A stretch of 63,062 bases of DNA, the filler included, from Choristocarpus tenellus KU-1152 (lineage: Eukaryota > Protista > Phaeophyceae), in assembly GCA_964200185.2 (NCBI GenBank). It is 11 parts of 11 records of this genome, joined end to end, with 100 filler letters (N's around TTAATTAATTAA, not from the genome) between each part and the next. Parts side by side here need not be neighbours in the genome. Positions count along the whole stretch, not along the records: positions 43,060 to 54,971 come from CAXNAD020002071.1; positions 55,072 to 59,749 come from CAXNAD020013495.1; positions 59,850 to 63,062 come from CAXNAD020021498.1; 8 more parts are not named here. One strand, given 5' to 3'. Below the pieces are notes generated by a model that saw only the letters and a list, made by a program, of their open reading frames with translations, had not been told where the DNA came from and did not search any database. Positions 53,986 to 63,062 of the stretch are shown piece after piece. A program made the translations under genes and the position numbers. The stretch's first letter is position 1; every line of letters starts with the position of its first letter.

Positions 53986-54920
53986 TTGGCTTTTCCCTTC
54001 CAACCAAAAAAGGTACATATTCAAGGGTTCTCTCCACAGAAGTCCCGATTTATTGGCCAAGGCTGGGTAGCCTGGCGGGGAACAACAACCCCTACACCTG
54101 CCCCAGAGGTTCACACTCTAGGAGCCATCGATGCCAGGATCACAAGGTGGGCACAACATGAAATCACCCACTTCCTGAACAGGATCCGCTTTGACTCTTT
54201 CTGGACGCAATTGGCCAACCTACTAAACAATGCAGAAGAAGGGAGGGACAGCTCTTCACTAGCCCTGGCCCACCACCGGAGTGGACCTCCACACAACCCC
54301 TGGAACCAGCATGCCAGATCCCTCCCTTTCGATTTAGACTCACTCCCAACAATTCCCTAGGGAGGGAGGAGGCCCTATCCAACAGGTTCCCAATGACTAG
54401 ATGCAGGAGGAATATAATGTTGACACTCGACATGCTCGTACCTACCCTAGGGCAGGGGGAAAGGTACACCCGCACACACAATTGGTCAAGTGTCTGGGTC
54501 AACTCTGCAAGAGAATGGACATCCCTTGCATGGAGGATGTTAGCCCATTCACAGTGGATCGGAATTTCCGCATGGTTGTGGTCTTCCATGCTGGGATACT
54601 TGCGGAAGCTCAATCAGTCCCCTACCGGGACAAAGGTCTCCTCCTGGATGTTACGTTTGCAGAAGTGCAAGCAGTCACTCATCTGCAGCTGAGGCGCGAA
54701 AGTGCACCAACTATGAGGTTTCTTTTTACCTTCATAGTTTTAACTTCAACACCTTAGTGGTGGAAAGTTTTGGATGGCTCGGCGAGCAAGCGGAAAGTTT
54801 TCTGGATGAGTTGGCCACACACACGGTAGGGGGGAGAGGGTTGGGAGATTACAGCAGGAAAGGAGCTGTCAAATCCCGTTTACACAACAGATAGTGTCTG
54901 TCACAACATAAGTGGCTCTA
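53986..54920 (+). mobile_element. Decayed RLE-type (CRE-like) non-LTR retrotransposon, C-terminal region
   Basis: Frameshifted frames: VDTRHARTYPRAG..H, PFTVDRNFRM, KGLLLDVTFAE, VESFGWLGEQAESFLDELA. This fits a degenerate CCHC knuckle followed by a restriction-like endonuclease. Confidence 0.7.
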
Positions 54921-55104
54921 GACTCAAAGTATGACATAATGTATCTGGGAGGGGGGGGTGGTCTACACCAGNNNNNNNNNNNNNNNNNNNNNNNNNNNNN
55001 NNNNNNNNNNNNNNNTTAATTAATTAANNNNNNNNNNNNNNNNNNNNNNNNNNNNNNNNNNNNNNNNNNNNGGGGGGGGGGTCGTTTGAGAATAGTGTGG
55101 GTAC

Positions 55105-55141
<37 letters not shown>

Positions 55142-57084
55142 TCTGGTTATAGCTTGTTGAAACATTAGTAAACCATAGTATTTCTGTGCTGCTCCTGTAA
55201 AAGATATATATAGAGAGAGTGAAATATGTCCCACTTGGGTACCTAATTTATGTAAACGTCGATAATGTACCACTTTGACGCCATGAAAGCCTCCAGTAGG
55301 TTCGAGTTGAATCAGGGGTTGCAAATGGATGCGTGTAGATTGGGGAGGGTATACATATACAGTATGCTATATTGTTTTATTTTTCTAGCTAAAATAAGGA
55401 GGTGGGGGGGGAAAAGGGGGGTAGAGGAATAGTGACTGCTGGGCCAATCAACGCATGGGATGATTGAAAGTGAAATGAGGTGGCAATTGACTTGGAATAG
55501 TTGCACAGTTTAGGGTAGGTCTCTGAGTCATCTAAGGCGATACGAAACCTGATGATTTCTCCCGCGCAATTTCATGACAACTCCCTGACAGCTGTTGCCA
55601 TAGCCAGAAGAGTACACATATCTCATTCCTTATGTCAAAGTAATCCATGAAGACTAGTCACCAACGGATCATGAAAGGTGGTGATGTCGATCGTGCATGA
55701 ACAATGTCTAAGCGTTAGATTGATCACTGATTAGTTGTGGGGACTGTGGAGCTGAGATCACAGCTATGACGCGGACGACCGATTTAAGTGATATTCAAGA
55801 GCCATCCAAGGTGAGAGAAGTCTAGGTACTTACATTTCTAGAACGATACAAGGGGAGGAGGAGAGAATTCGGATACTACTCATCAAACCAGCCCAAATAT
55901 TTCCAAGCGCTTAGTACTACGGTTTTTTAAAACATAGGCTACTCATTCGATTTGATTTGATACGATACAGCATCGTCAGTTCATACTGGACATTTATTTG
56001 TCCATTGCAATGGGGTCGCTATTCCCATTTGACATCACTAGCTCATTAGCTCATCATCATAACTCACTCAGAAGATGTATGACCTTAGTTACGTTAGATA
56101 TGGATCCAAGCTTGGGTTCTTCTTTCTTCCCGTGTTACTTCTTCTTTTTCAGACAAGTTATCACTTGCATAGCGTGTGTTGATTGTTATTTTTTACTTCA
56201 CTGGCAGCCCCTCTATAAGACGTCCCATCACTCTGCAACACGTACAAGACACACGCCGGGATGCAATATAAACGGAGTAAAAACCATCCCTCGAAACCCT
56301 TCTCTGCCAAGGTGACAACCCTCTTCTCAGAGGATGGATTTCTCCATTTGAATGTCTCAATGAATGGCCACACAGTTTCTATCAATCACCGTCTGCTTGA
56401 GTAAAGTATGCCACAGACATACCAGTGCCCATCTCACTTCAACCAAGGTCTGATTGAGTAAGACATCCCTTCAGACACATCAAACCGAAGCCGCAGGTGT
56501 CTTATTGCACTATGGCACACGCTTGCCTCTAACTGCGTTGATCACAGCACAGCTAAACATACCTTTACATCGAACACTGTTTGACTGAATACAACATGTC
56601 ATCAGACCTACCAGACAAATTCATCAGTGCTTTGTTACGCAATGATCTCCTTCGTCACAAACCAGACACACCACAACCACACACAACTCATACGAAATCA
56701 GGTTTCAACACGGTTTTCTAACTCATGCAATCTAGAGTACCTGAACTGAGTAGTAGTTGAAGGTGCAAAGTTTCACTGTTACAACATGCTCCAGAAACTA
56801 CCCCTCCAAAGGATGCATAGCTCCAATCCCAAAACCTTCAAACGACACTACTGAGACACTCTAATAGTCAAGGGAGTCCAACGTACGTCTGGCTAGCTGG
56901 AAAGGGGGTACTTCTCACAGTTGATAACCACGGATGGTATCAACCAAGGCTTTGCTTATCGAAAGAATTAATTAGTGACTCATGCGATTGAATGAGGCAC
57001 TCTTTTTCTAGCATCATCCACCGATTTGTACATTCTACAAGTTGAAAGACATCTGCAAACTGTTGTTGAATACATATACTCAAA

Positions 57085-57270
57085 TTACAAATCATATTCT
57101 GCAACTTCTAGCAAATCGGCATTCATTCTGTAAAGTTACCTACGTGTTACAAATCTTATTCCTCAACTTGTAGCAATTCGGCGTTCCTTTCCGTAAGGTT
57201 TCCTACGTGTTGCAAATCTTACTCTCGCATCTTCTAGCAAATCAGGGTTCCTCTTGTAAGAATCCTTACG
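57085..57270. repeat. Tandem repeat, 3 degenerate copies of about 62 bp
   Basis: The unit ttRcaaatc.ta.tc...ctt.tagcaa.tc...gtaa...cctacgtg recurs three times. Confidence 0.75.
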
Positions 57271-57995
57271 CATGTATACTGCTCGTGCTTGTTAGAACGC
57301 GAGAAGAAATACTCGGACTATTCACTTACAACATGCCCCCAAGCGTGAACTTGGAATACGTGTTTCACACTTACCACAGGCGATTGTCACCAGTGACGGC
57401 AATAGATATCGTCAATCACTTTAGATCGCGCGGTGGCAGAGAAAAAATACATAACTCTTACTAGGTCCCAAAACAAATACCCTTGGAGAAATCTGCCTGC
57501 ATCTAGCCCAATCTGAACACCTTTACTCTTTCTTAAGCACAGCTTCCCTAAGGTACCAAGTTTCATCTGATTATTGCCTGTCTCATTCCCCCCAAGCACG
57601 AAGCATACCGACGGCTGCTAGCGTGTAAAACAGGCAATAACATCGACATCAGCGACAAGAAAAAAATGAAACCAGAGACGGAAAGAAAAAAAAAGCAGAA
57701 AACTAGAACAAAACAAAGAATAAAGAGGACCAGGTACCTGATCTGACAGAAGAAAAATAAAATGGAAAAAAAACCATTGTGGAATCAGAGTTAACACAAA
57801 GAAGGGGGGGGGGGGAATGCATCCCATATAAATTTCTGTCTGCTCTGATGTGGGTTACTTCATGGTTCTAACTTCTGGTATCCTACGTTCCATGCAGGGA
57901 CTATGACTATCAATGCTTGATTCCTTTGCTCTGGCACGTACCAGCTACTCTTCACGCACCCCTGTCTTCTGCGGATACAGTGGTTACCTGTTGGA

Positions 57996-58400
57996 TCATC
58001 TTTGGAAGAAGCAACTCGTTTCGCTCTTGTCGAATTCTTCCCAATCTCCATCATTAAACCGTACACTCCAGTAAGGTGATTTGAAGTCAAAAACTTGTAC
58101 CTGTGTACCACTTGTCTCTTCCTTTCTCGTCTTTCCACGATTTCTTTGCAGTGGTACCTGGGGGGAAAAGGCGCTATACATCTTCTAGGGGCAAGAGTTT
58201 TCTTTGGCGAGAGATTTCGGTTGGACGTGGGCTCGTGTCTGGATTGTAGAGGTCCCAGAGGGCATGGAAGACATCTAACTGTAGTGGGGTGAAGCTATCC
58301 ATATCTTCTGTTTCGGTTACCCAATCTGTCAACTCTTCTTTCTGATACTTCCTTGTATTCCCCGTGCTACACATTGGATGGCGACGATATTGCTTTTCTA
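57996..58400 (-). pseudogene. Decayed mobile-element ORF end with a Tudor-like motif
   Basis: Frameshifted: LDVFHALWDLYNP...FPPGT..KWYTG / VFDFKSPYWSVRFNDGDWEEF. Aromatic pattern typical of Tudor-like domains. Confidence 0.45.
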
Positions 58401-58834
58401 TCAGTAAGAGTGTACGAAGGGGTTGCTACCACGGATTCTGCTGTTAGACCTAGGTCCAATTCACACACCATTTGGGCATATTAATCTTGGAAACTATGTC
58501 TCGAATGAGTGGGTCTTTCTTGGAAGGGTTTAACACGAGAAGCATGAACATGACGTGTGCATGTTTTCCTACCCAGCAATTCGACCATCATGCTGCTACT
58601 CTGATGTGCAATTTCCCTTACGGTCCATGGTCATATCCATCTTTCATGAACTAGCTTCTTGCCCACTCTTGTCTCTCACTTAGTTTTTCCCCATGGAGAG
58701 AGTTGTCTGCTTCCTCCACTAATACTAGGTCACCTGGTTTTGATCCTAGTCCTGGTGAAGATCTGGCAATGGAAGCGTTGGCTCTCTATCTGTTCTTATG
58801 CCTGGCAGACGTTCGTCTCTCTAGTACCTCTCGT

Positions 58835-59094
58835 GAGTCAAAATATCTTAGAGGGTAGAGTCACGCCCATTTGGGGCCCAAAATCTAATGTTGTGATTTC
58901 GATGTAATTTTGGCTATCGTGTTTGTTATGAAGTGCCAATATCCTTGCTACGGACACACCTTTTCATAACGTATACATTTTACCTACTCCAAAACGGTTT
59001 TGGAGTAGGAAAATGTCATAAAAAAACCCATAGGAAGCCGAGTCCCAAACAGACAAACAGGGCAAATCTCATACCCTCTAAGATACTTTCACTC
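58835..59094 (+). mobile_element. Third copy of the Sola-like MITE
   Basis: gagtcaaaatatcttagagggta ... taccctctaagatactttcactc, with the same internal sequence and hairpin. No clear TSD (tcgt/tatt). Confidence 0.85.
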
Positions 59095-59918
59095 TATTAC
59101 GGTTTGTAGTTGGGCGCACATGATAGGAAAATATGTACGTAGTGAGTACAAACTGTGCGCAATATATGGTCAACTTGTACGCCTCGTATCTTTTAAGTAA
59201 GAGGTCGTTATATGACACAACAGAGAGGAGCCAAGCATCTGGCAACACCATCCACAGAACATGTGCAATAATGAACTTCTCTTTATTCTCACAATTGTGG
59301 GGCACTCCATACTAATGCCACTGTTCGGAATGAAATGTAGCATAACTTTTGCAAGCTCTGTTCTCACCTGGGAAGGACTCAATGATAAAACGAGGCTTAG
59401 TTCTCATATGGATTGGGAGACATTCAAAGTTTGAGATGGTGAGTTGTCATGGCCGTTGACTGATGGGATTCAAGAACATCGTGAAACTGTCAAAGCAGGT
59501 GTTTTGTGGGATGCGTAGGATGAAATCCCCCCATCGTTCGAGCCGCTTGCTCATCCAATCGTTGCCCGTCAGTCCCAAGTCTTGAGCCAAAGTATCTGAG
59601 AGGGTACGGCCCCGTCCAAATAGGGTCTCGAATTCGATACTGACGATTTGTTAATGTAATTATGGGAAAGCGTCTTAACTGGTGAGTGTGATGAACCCCC
59701 GATTCACAGGGGCACCTTTGAGAAGTTGCTTCTTTGGGGTTTTGTCATCNNNNNNNNNNNNNNNNNNNNNNNNNNNNNNNNNNNNNNNNNNNNTTAATTA
59801 ATTAANNNNNNNNNNNNNNNNNNNNNNNNNNNNNNNNNNNNNNNNNNNNCCCCACCCCCGCCCGGGCCCTGGGGGGGGCCGGGCCTGGGGGGGGGGGGGG
59901 GGGGGGGGGGGGGGAAAA

Positions 59919-59950
<32 letters not shown>

Positions 59951-61187
59951 AGGGAGAGGGGAGATTTGAGGGGGAGGCAGGATTGGGTTGGGTTGGTTGG
60001 TACCGCCGGAGAGAGAGAGAGAGAGAGATTAGGAGATCATGTCATACTTCTCCAGTAGCAAGCAATTTATTATTATTATTATTATTATAAATAGCCCTAT
60101 TTTGCCCCATGCAAACTGGGTTCCCAAGTAAGGTCCAATTGCAGTACTTGGAAAACCACTATCACACTGACAAATGGTACCTACTACAAGCACTATGAAG
60201 TACTACTATGTAGAACCAGTGCTAAACTGTACTATATTCTACAACTAGTCCTTTCTGAATAGGGCACTTTCACCTCAACTGACACTGCCAGCAGTTGGAC
60301 TACCTCAAAGCCAAATAAAAAAAAGGAGCGACCTCTAGACACAGCAACACTCTTACTTTCTATTTGATGTTCATACACAAAAAAAGTTGATGCTACTGTG
60401 CCAGCCCCCCCCTCCCCCCAAACATCCAATTACCAAAGAGTAATAGCAAAAAGTGTTGCCGTCCTAGTCATTCATACAGAAGAGAAGCCAAGATGCCTTC
60501 CTTAGATTGTATTCAGTTCAAACTGGATCTAACCTCCCACCAGGAGACCGCCACTCAGGTTATACAAACACAAAGAAATGTTTAGGTACCACCACTGTAC
60601 AGTACACTAACCCACCAACCAAGGGACTAGTCCCTGTCATGCCATCATTTACCAGCGAACACAAACTAACCCATAAAGTCTGTATTGCTCACAAGAAAGT
60701 CCTTCCTATACCAGAGTTTCATTTCGACCAATAAAAAAATTAAAAAAATCACAAAAAAAGAAGATACACCACTGTACAATCACTACTTCAAGATAGATCT
60801 GCATACGGTCAGACTATGCATGCCTGATCAATTGAAGTAGGCCATCATTCAATGTTCAATAATAATAATAATAATAAAATAAAATCACACACACACTAAC
60901 ACCCTAACCCTAACATCCAAGCTCGTACCTCATCCAAACCATCCCCCACCTGCATGGCACAAAAAAATCCCCCCAACCTTAACCCAAAAACAACACAGTA
61001 TTAATAATAATAATAATAATAATTAGTTTCGATATAATTTAATATACAAAATACATCAATGATAAAAATAAAATAAACTAACACTTCGCCACCACATTGT
61101 TGTGAATCGATATCCTGTGGGATTATCACACCTTAAAAAAATAAATCCATTTGGCAAAAACAACAACAACAACACACACACACACAC

Positions 61188-63001
61188 CTTGCTGTTTTCC
61201 CAGTGGCTGCACAGGCGTGTGCGGTACTTAGGATCCTGTAACGCCCTGTTGAGGTGGGCTGGTCGGGGTCGCTGCTTGCCAACATCCAGCCTTCGTTGCC
61301 AGTGGTCTTGATGCCTCCACCACCCCCTACAACAGTTCAAACAGTAGTAAACAAAATAAAAATAAAAATAAAAATAAAATAGATCCATCATAGACTTTTT
61401 GCCCTGTACATTCCATTCAATGACACTCACATACATGGGGAGGGAGTGACCACCGAGCCGTTTCGACAATATATTTCTTTTGACAAAGTTGTAAGGAGGC
61501 GTTTTATACACACACGTAAGAGTCGGCAATGATCCCTCACTAGGAATCACTTATTTTTAATCTCTTGTTATTTTTTATTATTTTGATACTGCTGAACTGC
61601 TGTAGATAAGAAAAAAACAGAAGGATAGATACTTGATGATCCTAAAAACGACCACCTACTCTTGACAAAAAAGATAATAAAAAGAGAGCAGAAAAAGGGG
61701 AAGTTTTTGTTGTAGATAGAAAAAAATAAATAAATGGGTGAGAAAAAAATCAAGTAGTGACAAAAAAAGTAGAAACGAGGTCGTTTCTTGAAAAATAAAA
61801 CAAAAAACGGATGTAGGAATGTCCTTTCTTGTCAGGGTGTCTTCCAACGGGTAATAGACCACACTCATGTCAACAAGACCATAAGCCCACTACTGCAGGA
61901 GGATTGTGCAACAAGCAACAGCTACAGCAAGCACTTCCTCCTGATCCAAAATATATACATATATATATATATATATGGGTAACAATCCATCCTTCAATGA
62001 TTATCTAATCAGTGATTACACGGGGATGCAAACAAAATACTGCAATTTTTATTTTAGTAGTACAAAAAATAAAAACCACTCACAAAAGATCCATGCCCCG
62101 CTCCCATCCCCAGCCTCCCCCCCCCTAACATCTTTGATACAGCACTGTTTGCTCAACTGCAATAAAATGAACACCACAATGCAAGCCCTAACACTACCCC
62201 TACCCCTAATCCCACCTGCACTCCATACTCCTTGCCATAGCTGACTCATTCCACACCAGAACATCAGTCAGGACTCCCTCACCACAAATACCTTCCTGGA
62301 ATGACACCTGACCCAGTGCCAGACTACCGCCAGATCCAGGCACTGAAACCCCTACGACTTTTGCTGCTGACACCTCCCCCCCCGACACAACCTCCAACAT
62401 CTGTCCCTCCTCTGCCCTCAAAGATCCCTCAGCTCCAGCACTGGCTCCAGAACAATTGACAACTTCTTCCCCAGCATTGATACCAGCAGCAACTCTTGGA
62501 GCCTGGATAACCTCATCCACACCACTTCCCTCTCCTTCCCCCACAGACTCCCTACACATTGCCCCTTCCTCTACCTTCATTTTGTAGCCATTTCCGATAC
62601 TCTGTGGTGCTAGAGCACCTTCCTGGAGAAATCCCTGTGAGGTTGATTGAGAGATCACCGCTGAACCTCCAAGCCCCAGTCCAGAAACGCCCCCGTCATC
62701 TCCCCCGTGTCCTTCCCCCTTGTCCACTCCCGACTTGGGCGCCTCACTTAATGGTTGGACAAATGGAGCTTTGGCTACTACTGCATTACCTCCTGTAGCA
62801 CCCTGGGGCGCTGCAGATCCAGCCACCGGAGCTGTCACCAATCCCGACTGTAGCCCTGGAACAACAGATGCTTTTGTTGATGCAGTGGGGGCCCGTCGGA
62901 ATGGGACTATGTAGTCATTGAACATAGTCTCTTCAGTAAGGAAATCACAAGCAACCCTGTAGCAGTGCATTAGGAGTTGAGGAAATCGCTCCTCCACATA
63001 C
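61188..63001 (-). CDS. IRE1: IRE1-like kinase/endoribonuclease, 3' exons: end of KEN domain, linker, start of CCCH zinc finger
   Basis: Exon 63001-62216 begins YVEERFPQLLMHCYRVACDFLTEETMFNDYI (KEN domain C-terminus). It splices in phase 2 to exon 61326-61188, which ends DPKYRTRLCSHWENSK (CCCH lead-in). The kinase domain is outside the window. Confidence 0.75.
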
Positions 63002-63062
63002 CTTGGACAGTAGAAGGCAAAGTGGTGTTATTGACAGTGGGGAGGATGAAGGGGGGTGATGG

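Overview
Eukaryotic, intron-rich DNA, most likely from a brown alga or close stramenopile relative. This is inferred from the TTAGGG repeats, the brown-algal-type non-LTR fragments and the gene content. The window is not contiguous: 11 short contigs are joined by an artificial 100-bp spacer (N44-TTAATTAATTAA-N44), so adjacency across spacers means nothing. Spliced gene models read from the sequence: a 7-exon hAT-transposase-like gene with an intact frame but apparently substituted catalytic residues, a hypothetical low-complexity protein, a membrane protein 5' fragment, LST8, ACBP, SEC23, ALG1, a USP22/Ubp8-like deubiquitinase, the last exon of UEV1/MMS2, intronless PIG-V, an RluA/RPUSD1 pseudouridine synthase with an HMG-box-like insertion, and the 3' part of IRE1 running into a CCCH zinc finger. 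Intergenic and intronic DNA holds several MITEs, including an abundant family with GRNYSAAAGTATCT termini, plus decayed retroelement pieces and tandem repeats. The best candidates for new biology are the possibly domesticated hAT gene, the IRE1-CCCH fusion, the HMG-like insertion in the pseudouridine synthase and the terminal-repeat transposon family. None could be tested against databases here.
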